Source of the DNA: Microcystaceae cyanobacterium
Lineage (GTDB): Bacteria > Cyanobacteriota > Cyanobacteriia > Cyanobacteriales > Microcystaceae
NCBI GenBank assembly: GCA_041746575.1
Contig: JBGTGT010000123.1
Location: forward strand, 76,688 to 140,687
Direction of reading: 5' to 3'
DNA: 64,000 nt
In this document: in pieces, positions 51,142 to 61,851 of the stretch
Numbering within the stretch: position 1 is the first letter of the stretch
Layout of the letters: each line of letters begins with the position of its first letter
Program-made: the position numbers and the translations under genes
The notes under the pieces: generated by a model
The model's database searches: none
The model's input: only the letters and a program-made list of their open reading frames with translations
What the model was told of the DNA's origin: nothing

Positions 51142-54100
51142 TTAGTCGTCACATATCAAGCGATCGTCTTCCTCTAAGGCAGGATTTGTTTTTAAATAAG
51201 GTGAAACCAATTGACAGGCATAAGTGAGAGGATCTGAAGCCAAAATTTTCGGTAAATTCCACAAAATCAGTGTATTATCATCACCCACTGAAGCCAAAAA
51301 GGTGCCATCGGGACTCATGGCAATACTTCTAATAGCGGCAGTATGACCCGTTAAAGTAGTGATTTCAGTCCCATCAAGTTGCCAGAGTTTGACAGAAGTA
51401 TCTACGCTGCCCGAAGCAATTATTTTTCCATCAGGACTAAAAGCAACACCCCAAACTGCCGCCTTATGACCCTTAAGCGTATTGATCACCTTACCATCTA
51501 GCGTCCATACTTTGACAGTTTTATCGCCACTTCCTGTTGCGATTTGTTGTCCATCCCGACTAAAAGCGACTCGCCAAACCGCCGAGGTATGACCGACCAG
51601 CGTTTGCTCTAAATTTCCCTTTAAATGCCATAATTTAGCTGTTCCATCCCCACTCGCTGAGGCCAAATATTGACTGTCTGGACTAAAAACAAGGTTCCAG
51701 ATGTCGGATTGATGACCTTTTAGGATTTTTCTCGGCAAATTCCCCGGACGGGGAAGCAAAATAATATTTTTATCCGTATTCGCTATGGCAAACGTTTGAC
51801 CATTCGGGCTAAATGCGGTTGTAAAAAGGCTTGGGTTCGGCTCTTTGAGGGTTTCAATTGGCGTCCCATCAAGTTTGTTAACATATAGATGATTCCCTTC
51901 ATCAGCAAAGGCAATTAGCGAGTCATTTTGACTAAAAGAAACGCCAGAAATCGTCGCCTGTTGACTCAGAAAAACCCGTTGCAATTGTCCTGAACGATCC
52001 CACAATTTAACCCCCTTTTCGTGACTAACGGTTGCAATCATTTCACTATCGGCACTAATTTCCACTGACCAAATCCCTGTTTGATGAGCAATAACAGTCT
52101 TTTGGAAGGGATTTTCCGCTTGCCATAGCTTTACCTCATTTTCTGCGCCCCCAGAAACGATAAACCGTCCATCAGCACTAAAAGTCACATCCCAAACGGA
52201 CGTCGGATGACCGCTTAGAGTTCTTAATTCGGTTCCCTCAATATTCCAAAGTTTAATCGTTTTATCTAAACTCGCAGAAGCAAGGGTTTGACCGTCTGGA
52301 CTCATAGAAACCCCCCAAATGGCCGCCGAGTGACCTGTAAGGGTCTTGAATAAAGAATACTGTTCATTTACGTTATTTTTGCGCCAAAGTTTTACGGTTT
52401 TATCTTCACTGGAAGTCACCAACGTCCGTCCATCTGGACTAAACGCAATACCCGCCACCCACCCCTGATGTCCTCGAAGAAGTTGCCAAAACTTAGCTTT
52501 ATTCCAGCTATTACCTACTTTTTTCCAGATTTTAACCGTTCGATCCACATTGGTCGCCGCCACGATTTGACCATCTGGACTAAACGCCACCCCCCAAAAT
52601 CCGGCCGCATATCCTTGGAGGGTATTTAATAACGTCCCATCCATTTGCCACAGTTTAACCGTTTTATCGAAACTAGCCGAGGCAATCGTTTGACCATCTT
52701 GACTGACGGCTAGTCCCCAAATACCACTTTGATGGGCAGGAATTTTGCGCCAAAAATGATAAATTTGCTTTGAATCAGTCTTTTTCCAGAGAATCATTTG
52801 ACCATCATCTCCCCCTGATACCAAAAGCTCACCATTGGGGCTAAAAGCGACTGCTCGAACCACAGCCGTATGACCTTGTAGGGTTGTAACCGGCGTTCCA
52901 TCTTCGCGCCAAATCTTAACGGTTTGATCAACGCTGGCAGAGGCAATCAGCGAATTATCTGGACTGACAGCAACCGCTAAAACGGCCGCTTGATGACCTA
53001 AAAAACGGTTGTATTCATCCGCTCCATAGACCGCCTGTTCTAACACCGCTTTAATTTGGGATTCGAGGTGAGGAGGACGGGCTGAAAGTTGTTGTAAACG
53101 TTTTTGAGCTTTAATCGCTTGAATAAGAGCATCTAGACGGCGGTGAGAAGCAAATAAACCCTCAGAAGACGATACTAATGCTTTGATTTCACTAATTCTT
53201 GCTTTTGTTTCACTTTTCAAAGATTGATAATACAATAGGGCGATGCCAAAACCTAATCCAAGGGCAAGTATTAACTTAATACCCAAAGCGATTAATAATA
53301 ATCTTTGAAATATAGCTGTTTTTCGTTGTTCTTCTAATTTTGCTTCGGCTTCTTTGGCACGTTCAGCTTCTAAGGCAATCCGCATGTTTTTTTGTTCCCA
53401 TGCTTGACTAGCCGCTAAAAATTGATAATCTATATCACTGAGACTTTTGTTCTGTGTCCACCTTTGAGCATCCCTCAACGCCTGCCCCTGTAATAAACGG
53501 GATTTATCTTGACAATTGGAGAAAATCCAAGTATTTAAAGCTTGAGAATAGGGTCTATGGGAATCCAGCTGTTGTAAAACCCATTCAAGGTCAAAAACCT
53601 GACGATAAATCGGATTTTTCAGCCTAAGATGGCCTTTATCTTTTTCAATCAAACCCGATAATAACAATTCAGTTTGGTCTTGACTATCATCCGTCGCGAC
53701 AGAAAAATAGGAATCTTCCGAGGCTAAAATTTTCTGATAAAGTCCTAATAATCGCCCTGCACGCCGTTCATTGACCAACAATCGATTACGAATGGTGCGG
53801 AGGTGTTCTGGCTCATCTTGGGATTCCCAATGAGTAATAAGATGTTGTTGAACTAATTGCTCTAGCCAAGCTTTTTCTTGAGCCAACGGCAACAGAATTT
53901 TGCCCGTTTGTGCCGTTTGTTGGACTAAGCGACAGATTTTTTGGGTTAGAAAGGGTTGTCCTCCTGTCCAATGCAAAATTTCTCGTAAAATACGCTCAGG
54001 TTGATTGATGACTGCACCTAACCCATTCAGCAAGGGTTGCGCTTCCTGATACTGAAAACCCGATAAAGCGATCGCTTGGCCGATATTAAAGGGAGTACGA

Positions 54101-54675
54101 CGTTTATCCGTTATTAAATCAGATGGACTCGCCACCCCAAATAGGGCAAAGCTTAGGCGTTCAAAAGCAGGATTTTGGGAGCGGAGGTTATAACAATGGC
54201 GAATCCAAGCAAAAAAGTCATCAACACAAAAAGGTAAACTGAGCAAACTATCAATTTCATCAATAAAGATAAATAAACGATCGCTTTTGACAGTAGAGAG
54301 AAGGAGGCATTCGACGAATTGGTGAAGTTGTTGTGCAGGAGGAAGATCGGCGTACTTTGAGCACCAATCTTTAAAATCAACTTGGTTATCCCAATTAAAC
54401 TCCTGAAAAAGGCGAAAAATGATGCCTTTATACCATTGTAAGGGCGTTATTTTCTCACTTCCTAATTGGGTACTATCGAGATAAGCACAGCGATAATTTT
54501 CCTGTTCGAGGCGATAACAGGTACGTTGTAGCAAGGAAGTCTTGCCCATTTGCCGTGCATTCAAAACATAACAAAATTCGCCCATTTTTAGGCTACTGTA
54601 AAGTTGTTCGTCGGCATAACGAGTAATATATGTTGGGTCATCCCATCGAAGACTTCCCCCTACTTGGTATCTCAT
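51142..54675 (-). CDS. AAA_35 NTPase - TM - tandem WD40 protein
   Basis: YQVGGSL, NARQMGKTS, IFIDEID, TPFNIG; TM around aa 460-483; about 14 WD40 repeats. Confidence 0.92.
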   Translation of the reverse strand: MRYQVGGSLRWDDPTYITRYADEQLYSSLKMGEFCYVLNARQMGKTSLLQRTCYRLEQENYRCAYLDSTQLGSEKITPLQWYKGIIFRLFQEFNWDNQVDFKDWCSKYADLPPAQQLHQFVECLLLSTVKSDRLFIFIDEIDSLLSLPFCVDDFFAWIRHCYNLRSQNPAFERLSFALFGVASPSDLITDKRRTPFNIGQAIALSGFQYQEAQPLLNGLGAVINQPERILREILHWTGGQPFLTQKICRLVQQTAQTGKILLPLAQEKAWLEQLVQQHLITHWESQDEPEHLRTIRNRLLVNERRAGRLLGLYQKILASEDSYFSVATDDSQDQTELLLSGLIEKDKGHLRLKNPIYRQVFDLEWVLQQLDSHRPYSQALNTWIFSNCQDKSRLLQGQALRDAQRWTQNKSLSDIDYQFLAASQAWEQKNMRIALEAERAKEAEAKLEEQRKTAIFQRLLLIALGIKLILALGLGFGIALLYYQSLKSETKARISEIKALVSSSEGLFASHRRLDALIQAIKAQKRLQQLSARPPHLESQIKAVLEQAVYGADEYNRFLGHQAAVLAVAVSPDNSLIASASVDQTVKIWREDGTPVTTLQGHTAVVRAVAFSPNGELLVSGGDDGQMILWKKTDSKQIYHFWRKIPAHQSGIWGLAVSQDGQTIASASFDKTVKLWQMDGTLLNTLQGYAAGFWGVAFSPDGQIVAATNVDRTVKIWKKVGNSWNKAKFWQLLRGHQGWVAGIAFSPDGRTLVTSSEDKTVKLWRKNNVNEQYSLFKTLTGHSAAIWGVSMSPDGQTLASASLDKTIKLWNIEGTELRTLSGHPTSVWDVTFSADGRFIVSGGAENEVKLWQAENPFQKTVIAHQTGIWSVEISADSEMIATVSHEKGVKLWDRSGQLQRVFLSQQATISGVSFSQNDSLIAFADEGNHLYVNKLDGTPIETLKEPNPSLFTTAFSPNGQTFAIANTDKNIILLPRPGNLPRKILKGHQSDIWNLVFSPDSQYLASASGDGTAKLWHLKGNLEQTLVGHTSAVWRVAFSRDGQQIATGSGDKTVKVWTLDGKVINTLKGHKAAVWGVAFSPDGKIIASGSVDTSVKLWQLDGTEITTLTGHTAAIRSIAMSPDGTFLASVGDDNTLILWNLPKILASDPLTYACQLVSPYLKTNPALEEDDRLICDD

Positions 54676-54902
54676 CTATTGATTGAGTAACGGACTTGCT
54701 CTTAGATTTTATAATTCAATGTCACAAAAAAAAGCGGATTCAACACTTTTGCGACCGGTAAAGTCAACTCTTATTTTTTCCTTACCAGTTTCTTATTTTT
54801 GTTTGATAAAGTTTAATAACGCAAACAGGGATAATTCAGGTTAGCAATTTCAGTAGGATAGTTACTATTAAGATGATTATTTTGCTAAATTGTAACTGGA
54901 TA

Positions 54903-54934
54903 GCTAGGGGAGCTTCAATTCCCCTAGTTTTTTT
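54903..54934 (+). terminator. Intrinsic terminator-like hairpin, + polarity
   Basis: CTAGGGGA-gcttcaat-TCCCCTAG followed by 7 T. Confidence 0.6.
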
Positions 54935-55000
54935 GCTCATTGTCTAATTATCTCTCCAACTTCCCTGAAAAAATTAGAAAACAAATCAAAGCACAATCAC

Positions 55001-56833
55001 TCATTTGTCCGACAACTCAGTCAAATGCTTCTGAAAATAAATCCGATACAATTTACAACGAGGAATGATCCCCTTTCCTTCATAGGCAATTAACCCCAAT
55101 CCTTCTAACTTGTAAGTGATAATCGGTTCCAAAATAATGCTGGATTGAGCCTGAACGACTTTAGCGTAGGCTTGAGCAATAATCGGATTTTCTTGAAGCG
55201 TCAGCCAATATTGCTGTAAATAAGAGCGATAAATTCCGCCATTAACCCATGCTTCTTCTAAGATATCGTCAAGGGATCTCGATTGAGAACAGATGTAATA
55301 TAATGTCAAACCAATTAACAAGGGTTGTCCACCCACTAAAGTGAACAATTTGCCCGCCTCTTCTCCAGAAGACCAGTCTAAGCCGTATCTTTGCGCTAAT
55401 TCTTGGACTTGTTCTAAGCTGAAATAGGGCAGACACAAGGGTAAACCTACATTGAAGGGAGAACGGTTTAAATCCAGAGAAATATAGACTTCTGAGGAAT
55501 AAACCACCACTAACCTCAGTTTTTGCCAGTCTGCATCTCTTCGCGCTTCCTCATACCACGACCGTAATAAAGGAAAAAAGTCTTGTGCCAGTTGAGGATG
55601 TTCAAACAGCCGATCAACTTCTTCTAAGATTAAGATAAGAGGCTGAGCGAGGGTTTTTAGTACCTGATTTTTCAAGTAATAACTACAACTTAACTTACTG
55701 CCGATGTCTTCATCCCAATATTCATCTAGATTAGGTTCAATATTTAATCTTTGGGTAATTTGAGAGCAAAAACAGCGTAAAAACTTATTTAAGTCGGTTA
55801 AATAAGCAGAATCTATTTGATTAAAATCAATTTTAACCGTAGCGTTTTTGTTTTGTTGAGCAAACGCCAATAATCTCAGAACTAAAGAGCTTTTACCTGT
55901 TTGCTTCGGCGCACGAATACGCAGTACACAACCCGATTGAGTGATGGCTTGATAAGCGAGGGATTCAACAGGAGGACGTTCAATATACAAGGGAGAATCA
56001 CAAGAAACGGGGCCATCAGGAAAAGAAAGTTTTGGCTTCAAATTTGAAGTCTTTTGCCAATTATTTGCATATTCAGCAACATTTTCCTTGACGCTTTGAA
56101 TGTTTGAGGCTTTTGCGAGACGATATCCCATACCATAAACACTTTCTATTAAATCCTGATTCATTCCCCCTTTTTTGAGCTTATTTCGCAAATCTTTGAT
56201 TAAATTCGTGACCGCACTCTCGCTAGGAGTCGTATCCATTGACCAAAGACGATCAATAATCTCACGACGACTAAAAATTCGCTGAGGATGACGCAAAAAC
56301 AATCTCAGTAAGTTATATTCTTTGGCGGTTAAGGCGATCGCTTGTCCTGCATACGTCACTTCGGCGGCAGTTAGATCAACCCACAGATTTTCCCATCTTA
56401 GAATGTTGGACGTTAACGGAGTTACACTGCGACGGAGTAAACGTTCAATACGCATAAATAACTCAGAGAAGTCATAAGGTTTAGTTAAATAATCGTCTGC
56501 TTCTCCTTTAAGTTCCTTAAAATTTAAGGCGTCAGTTTTACTGCTTTGCGGCACCAGAAAAAGAATAGGGATTGAAGGGGGAATCTGACGGAGTTGTTGA
56601 CGAAAGTTAAGACCCTCCCAAGGCGAATTTTGACAATCGAAGATAACTAAAGCAAAATCCCCAGATAAGGCGAATTCAAGTCCCATTTTTGCATCATCTG
56701 CTCGTTCAACGATATAATATTGCGAAGTGAGAAACTGATTAATTAAGGAGACGGTTTGAGAGTCGTTGATTAATAAGAGAATTTTCACGATGCCATTGAT
56801 AGGTGAATTCACCCTTCCGAGAAAATGGGACAA
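55001..56833 (-). CDS. Atypical receiver + OmpR-type winged helix + AAA_35 fusion
   Basis: DDYLTKPY, LTAKEY.LL..F..HP.RIFSR, LR.KL, IESVYGMGYRL; then YIERPP.E, APKQTGKSS, LILEEVD, SPFNVG. Confidence 0.9.
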   Translation of the reverse strand: MSHFLGRVNSPINGIVKILLLINDSQTVSLINQFLTSQYYIVERADDAKMGLEFALSGDFALVIFDCQNSPWEGLNFRQQLRQIPPSIPILFLVPQSSKTDALNFKELKGEADDYLTKPYDFSELFMRIERLLRRSVTPLTSNILRWENLWVDLTAAEVTYAGQAIALTAKEYNLLRLFLRHPQRIFSRREIIDRLWSMDTTPSESAVTNLIKDLRNKLKKGGMNQDLIESVYGMGYRLAKASNIQSVKENVAEYANNWQKTSNLKPKLSFPDGPVSCDSPLYIERPPVESLAYQAITQSGCVLRIRAPKQTGKSSLVLRLLAFAQQNKNATVKIDFNQIDSAYLTDLNKFLRCFCSQITQRLNIEPNLDEYWDEDIGSKLSCSYYLKNQVLKTLAQPLILILEEVDRLFEHPQLAQDFFPLLRSWYEEARRDADWQKLRLVVVYSSEVYISLDLNRSPFNVGLPLCLPYFSLEQVQELAQRYGLDWSSGEEAGKLFTLVGGQPLLIGLTLYYICSQSRSLDDILEEAWVNGGIYRSYLQQYWLTLQENPIIAQAYAKVVQAQSSIILEPIITYKLEGLGLIAYEGKGIIPRCKLYRIYFQKHLTELSDK

Positions 56834-57011
56834 TAGTGTCTAATCTTATACTAGATTGTCTAAAATTTTAGCCTCTGTTATTAATAAATACCCAATGCGA
56901 GGTACATCTTAAAAACGGACGGATGACCTTTTTGGAAAAAAAACTACAAAGCATGAGATAAATATCATAGAATTTTGTTTAGGGATCTCTACCTGCTATT
57001 TTTCTGAATCT

Positions 57012-57953
57012 ATGCCCTTTTTCCGTCAAGATGAATCGTTAACCCACCTTTCTAATCAAATTTTAGAGCAAATTTGGCAAGAATTTCCGCAAATCGCCCG
57101 AAACCAACTGGCTTTGACTTGGATAGTTTATGATACACCTGTGATTGTTAATACTGGGGGCGCAATCTCCGCCGAAGACTTTTGGCGACATCCCATCAGA
57201 GGGTTTAGTTATCGAGGCGTAGAACGAATTTATCCCGCTAGTATCGTTAAATTATTCTATCTCGTCGCGATTGAAGAATGGTTAGCGGGAAATATGATTC
57301 CAGAGTCAATGGAACTTCGACGTGCTATTCAAGACATGATTCGGGATTCTAGCAATGATGCCACGAGCTTAGTGATAGATACCTTAACTGGCACCACCAG
57401 TGGACCAGAATTACCCGAAAATCCCTTTCAAACATGGCAAAAACAACGAAACATTGTCAATCGTTACTATCAATCTTTGGGATGGGAAGAGTTAAAAAAT
57501 ATTAATATTAATCAAAAAACGTGGGGAGATGGCCCCTATGGACGAGAACGGGCATTTTTAGGGGAAATGATGGAAAATCGGAATATGTTAACCACCGATG
57601 CCGCCGCGAGATTGCTACATAGTATTATTGGGGGTATCGCCGTCTCTTCAGAGCGATCGCAACAGATGATGTCCTTACTCAAAAGAGAGATAAGCCTTAG
57701 TAAACAGCAGGAAATTACAGAAGAAAACCAAGTCAGAGGATTTATTGGTCAAGGATTACCGATAAACGCACAATTATGGTCAAAAGCAGGGTGGACATCC
57801 CAAGTTCGTCACGATGCGGCTTATATTGAAATTCCTAATTGTCCTCCTTATTTATTGGTAATTTTTACAGAAGGGCGAGAAAACAGTCAAAATAAAGCAA
57901 TTATTCCTTTCATTTCGCAATTATTTGCTACAAAAGCCACAGAGTTATTATAG
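57012..57953 (+). CDS. Serine hydrolase, class A beta-lactamase-like
   Basis: YPASIVK (SxxK), SSN, KAG motifs. Confidence 0.88.
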   Translation: MPFFRQDESLTHLSNQILEQIWQEFPQIARNQLALTWIVYDTPVIVNTGGAISAEDFWRHPIRGFSYRGVERIYPASIVKLFYLVAIEEWLAGNMIPESMELRRAIQDMIRDSSNDATSLVIDTLTGTTSGPELPENPFQTWQKQRNIVNRYYQSLGWEELKNININQKTWGDGPYGRERAFLGEMMENRNMLTTDAAARLLHSIIGGIAVSSERSQQMMSLLKREISLSKQQEITEENQVRGFIGQGLPINAQLWSKAGWTSQVRHDAAYIEIPNCPPYLLVIFTEGRENSQNKAIIPFISQLFATKATELL

Positions 57954-57983
57954 TCATTCAATTTGAGAGGGATTAGGATTAAC

Positions 57984-58796
57984 ATGATAGATTTACTCGT
58001 TACCGCCACTTTTTCCCTATTTACCTTTGTTTTTGGGGCTTGCATTGGCAGTTTTCTGAATGTCGTTATCTATCGCCTTCCGGCACAATTATCCTTACTT
58101 TATCCCCCCTCCCGTTGTCCCCATTGTTTGCATCGTCTTGGCACCCTCGAAAATATTCCCATCTTAGGATGGTTAGGGTTAAAAGGAAAATGCCGTTGGT
58201 GTCATGCTCCCATTTCCCCTCGTTATCCTCTCATTGAAACCTTAACGGGCTTTATTTTTCTAGTTATCTTTTGGCAATTTGGTACAACCTTGCAAACCGT
58301 CGGTTATTGGCTCTTTTTAAGCTGGTTAGTGGCGTTGACCTTTATTGATTTTGATACCCTCACCTTACCGAATCCCCTGCTCAAATGGGGCTTAATAACG
58401 GGTTTAGCCTTTCAAGGAGTGATGGGATGGCCAACCCAAACGATTCCCCAACATTTAGTCTTAGGGATCGGAAGTGCGGTACTCGGTTTATGGCTGTTTG
58501 ATCTTATTCGTTACGCAGGAACGTTGATTTTTGGACAAGAGGCGATGGGAGACGGAGACCCCCCCTTAGCCGCTATGATTGGAGCGTGGTTAGGCTGGAA
58601 ATCCCTGCTCATGACTGCTTTTTTGGCCTGTAGTATTGGAGCGATCCTTGGTGGAGGTGCAATCACGTTAAAATTAATAAGTCGGAAAACGCCAATTCCT
58701 TTTGGCCCTTTTCTGGCCTTAGGAGCGGCTTTAGCTGTCGTTTGGGGACAAGAACTGATTCACTGGTATTCTCAGATTTTTTTGCCTGTCTTTTAA
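57984..58796 (+). CDS. pilD: Prepilin peptidase
   Basis: GSFLNVVIYR, CPHC and CRWC Zn sites, ID.D, MG.GD, PFGPFL. Confidence 0.95.
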   Translation: MIDLLVTATFSLFTFVFGACIGSFLNVVIYRLPAQLSLLYPPSRCPHCLHRLGTLENIPILGWLGLKGKCRWCHAPISPRYPLIETLTGFIFLVIFWQFGTTLQTVGYWLFLSWLVALTFIDFDTLTLPNPLLKWGLITGLAFQGVMGWPTQTIPQHLVLGIGSAVLGLWLFDLIRYAGTLIFGQEAMGDGDPPLAAMIGAWLGWKSLLMTAFLACSIGAILGGGAITLKLISRKTPIPFGPFLALGAALAVVWGQELIHWYSQIFLPVF

Positions 58797-58922
58797 ATCG
58801 TCTAAATCGTCTTATGAAATCTGCCCCAAACATGGGCATACTTGTTTTAGTAATACTTATCCTGATCAACCCTGTTTATTTTTAAGTTCATGCGTTCGCT
58901 AGTGGCTAGCGAGGATTTCAAT

Positions 58923-59666
58923 ATGCCTCAACGTCGAATTATTATTGGGGATGTTCACGGTCATTATGAGACATTAATGAACCTCTTAGAGGCGATCGCC
59001 CCCACCTCAGAAGATCAAGTGTATTTTTTAGGCGATCTCATTGATCGAGGACCTGATAGTGCCAAAGTGGTCGATTTTGTCTATGAAAATGAGTATCCTT
59101 GTCTATTGGGTAATCATGAACTGATGTTAATCGATACCATTGCCAGTGATAAGGTCTCTAGTAATCTCTTACAATCTTGGGTCTATAGTGGGGGTTATAC
59201 AACCCTCTTAAGTTACGATCACAAAATTCCAGCAGAACACATTGAATGGATGCAAAACTTGCCTCTTTATTTGGACTTAGGAGACTTGTGGTTAGTTCAT
59301 GCAGGGGTTCATCCAGAAATGCCCATCGAATTACAGGATGTTGAACAATTTTGCTGGATTAGAGACGAATTTCATGCCATGACAGAAGCCTATTTCAAAG
59401 ACAAATTGATTATCATCGGTCATACGATTACTTTTACCTTTCCGGGGGTACAACCCGGTCAATTAGCGGCAGGACAAGGATGGTTAGATATTGATACAGG
59501 TGCTTATCATCCCTATAGTGGTTGGTTAACGGGGTTGGATGTAACCAATGAAACGGTTTATCAAGTTCATGTCAAACACAAGAAGGTGAGGACATTACCC
59601 CTCGCAAAAGCAACCGCCTTTCTTGAACCCGGTCAGATATTAGCGAAACGAGGAAGAAGACAATAA
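58923..59666 (+). CDS. Metallophosphoesterase (PPP-like Ser/Thr phosphatase)
   Basis: GDVHG, GDLIDRG, GNHE, VHAG, GHT, DTGA. Confidence 0.92.
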   Translation: MPQRRIIIGDVHGHYETLMNLLEAIAPTSEDQVYFLGDLIDRGPDSAKVVDFVYENEYPCLLGNHELMLIDTIASDKVSSNLLQSWVYSGGYTTLLSYDHKIPAEHIEWMQNLPLYLDLGDLWLVHAGVHPEMPIELQDVEQFCWIRDEFHAMTEAYFKDKLIIIGHTITFTFPGVQPGQLAAGQGWLDIDTGAYHPYSGWLTGLDVTNETVYQVHVKHKKVRTLPLAKATAFLEPGQILAKRGRRQ

Positions 59667-59720
59667 GCAGTAACCCGTTATATTAACTATTAAACGATCA
59701 CTCATACACCATTCACGATT

Positions 59721-61115
59721 ATGTTTAATTGGTTTCGCCGCAAACGGACAGACGCTACCTCTGAACCAGAGACAACCGTTGATTCCCCTAAGCTAGACAG
59801 CACTGAAACAGATAAAACGCCTCAAAACCTTGAATCTGAGCCAGAAGTTGCTGAAAATACCCAAGAAGCCTATTTGAACTGGGCAAAAACAGCCTTTCAA
59901 AATATTCAACAACGTAAACAAGAATCAGCCACTCCCCCGACAGAAGAAGAAGAGAAAGAGGAGGATTCAAAAGAAGTATTAAATACCCCTACAACGGAAA
60001 CTGAAGAAATAGCAGAATCTCCACCAGAACCTGTGTGGATGAAGAAATCAGACCGTCTTGAACAACTCAAAGAAACAGCCATTGCCACAGAAACCGAAGA
60101 AGCGGTGACCTTTGATGACGAATTTGTCTGGTCGGCTAAGGTCTTGGCAGATCAAGGTAGAAATCCAGAAGACGTTTCTCCCGAAGAAATTAGCTGGTTA
60201 AAGCGATTAAGACAAGGATTAGGTAAAACACGCCGCAATTTAGTCAATCAACTTAAAGCCGTCGTCGGTCAAGGACCTCTCAATGACGAGGCGGTTATGG
60301 AAATCGAATCCCTTCTTTTACAGGCAGATGTGGGATTGGAAGCCACTGATTATATTATAGAAACCCTACAAGGTAAACTCCGAGAGGAAGCCCTGCCCCC
60401 AGAGCAAGCGATCGAGTATCTTAAAGCAATTATGCGAGAAATTTTAGATGCTCCTCTTAAATCTTTTGATTCAACCGATTTTACCCCCCAAAAAGATCAG
60501 TTTAATATTTGGTTACTGACAGGAGTGAATGGGGCAGGAAAAACGACGACCGTTGGTAAACTGGCTCACATGGCGCAACAGTCCGGTTATGATTGTATGA
60601 TTGCGGCCGCTGATACCTTTCGTGCAGCAGCAGTAGAACAGGTTAAAATTTGGGGAGAACGTGCCAATACCCCCGTTATTGCTAATCTGGGCAAAAATAC
60701 CGATCCGGCGGCAGTGGTCTATGATGGAATAGCCGCCGCTCAATCTAAAGAGATTGAATTACTCTTAGTCGATACGGCCGGACGATTGCAAAATAAAAAG
60801 AATTTAATGGATGAATTAGCCAAGATTCGCCGTATTATTGACAAAAAAGCCCCCGATGCTCAAGTAGAATCCCTATTAGTGTTAGATGCCACTCTAGGAC
60901 AAAACGGCTTACGACAAGCTCAGGTTTTTTCCGAATCTGCTAAATTAAGTGGAGTGGTATTAACGAAATTAGACGGGACGGCGAAAGGAGGAGTAGCGTT
61001 AGCAGTCGCGAAACAGCTTAATCTTCCCATTCGTTTTATTGGCGCAGGGGAAGGAATTGAAGATTTACGTCCCTTTTCAAGCTATGAGTTTGTAGAGGCG
61101 TTACTCAATGGTTAA
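59721..61115 (+). CDS. ftsY: Signal recognition particle receptor FtsY
   Basis: Acidic N-domain, GVNGAGKTT, DTFRAAA, DTAGR, TKLDGTAKGG. Confidence 0.97.
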   Translation: MFNWFRRKRTDATSEPETTVDSPKLDSTETDKTPQNLESEPEVAENTQEAYLNWAKTAFQNIQQRKQESATPPTEEEEKEEDSKEVLNTPTTETEEIAESPPEPVWMKKSDRLEQLKETAIATETEEAVTFDDEFVWSAKVLADQGRNPEDVSPEEISWLKRLRQGLGKTRRNLVNQLKAVVGQGPLNDEAVMEIESLLLQADVGLEATDYIIETLQGKLREEALPPEQAIEYLKAIMREILDAPLKSFDSTDFTPQKDQFNIWLLTGVNGAGKTTTVGKLAHMAQQSGYDCMIAAADTFRAAAVEQVKIWGERANTPVIANLGKNTDPAAVVYDGIAAAQSKEIELLLVDTAGRLQNKKNLMDELAKIRRIIDKKAPDAQVESLLVLDATLGQNGLRQAQVFSESAKLSGVVLTKLDGTAKGGVALAVAKQLNLPIRFIGAGEGIEDLRPFSSYEFVEALLNG

Positions 61116-61220
61116 GGTTAAGATTTAGAGTCTTGATCTTAATCTGATACTTACCGGATTTTTACATCCATCCATTACATTGAGGGTAAAGATGGCAAAA
61201 AAATCACCTACACCCTCCTT

Positions 61221-61829
61221 ATGTTAATTACTTATCCCTCGTTGTCTCCTCTCCCCTCTGAAGATTTAACCGAGGGAAGACGACTGCATTATTACGAGAA
61301 AAATGAAGCCATTCCATTAGCAGACGAGGGAGTTTGGCAAGTTTATCGGGGAATCGTACAGCTTAGTCAATTATCCCTATCGGGTGACGAAATTCTCTTA
61401 GGATGGTCGAATCCCCGCACCTTTTTTGGACTCTGGTTGACTCAGATTGAAGCTTATCACGCTAAAGCGTTATCGGAAGTTTATTTGAAATGGTATCCCC
61501 TCACTGAAATCGAAAATTCCCCCCGTCTAGCGCAACTAATGGTGTTGCAAATGAGTCGGCGGATGAGACAAACAGAGGCGTTATTAGCAATTGCAGGTTT
61601 AAGACGAGTAGAGGAACGTTTACACTATCTTTTACGGCTATTGAAGCAAGAAATGGGAGAAAAACTTGGCAATGAGATTCGCTTACCTGTTCGTTTTACC
61701 CATCAAAACCTCGCCAATGCTATTGGCACCACTCGCGTGACGATTACCCGACTTTTGGGGGATTTACAACGTCAAAGCATCTTGCGGGTAGATGAATCGC
61801 GTCATTTAGTGATTCGGGGGCATTTTTAG
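61221..61829 (+). CDS. Crp/Fnr family transcriptional regulator
   Basis: cNMP-like beta-barrel and HTH THQNLANAIGTTRVTITR. Confidence 0.9.
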   Translation: MLITYPSLSPLPSEDLTEGRRLHYYEKNEAIPLADEGVWQVYRGIVQLSQLSLSGDEILLGWSNPRTFFGLWLTQIEAYHAKALSEVYLKWYPLTEIENSPRLAQLMVLQMSRRMRQTEALLAIAGLRRVEERLHYLLRLLKQEMGEKLGNEIRLPVRFTHQNLANAIGTTRVTITRLLGDLQRQSILRVDESRHLVIRGHF

Positions 61830-61851
61830 AGGGTCATTGCACCAGCTAAGG

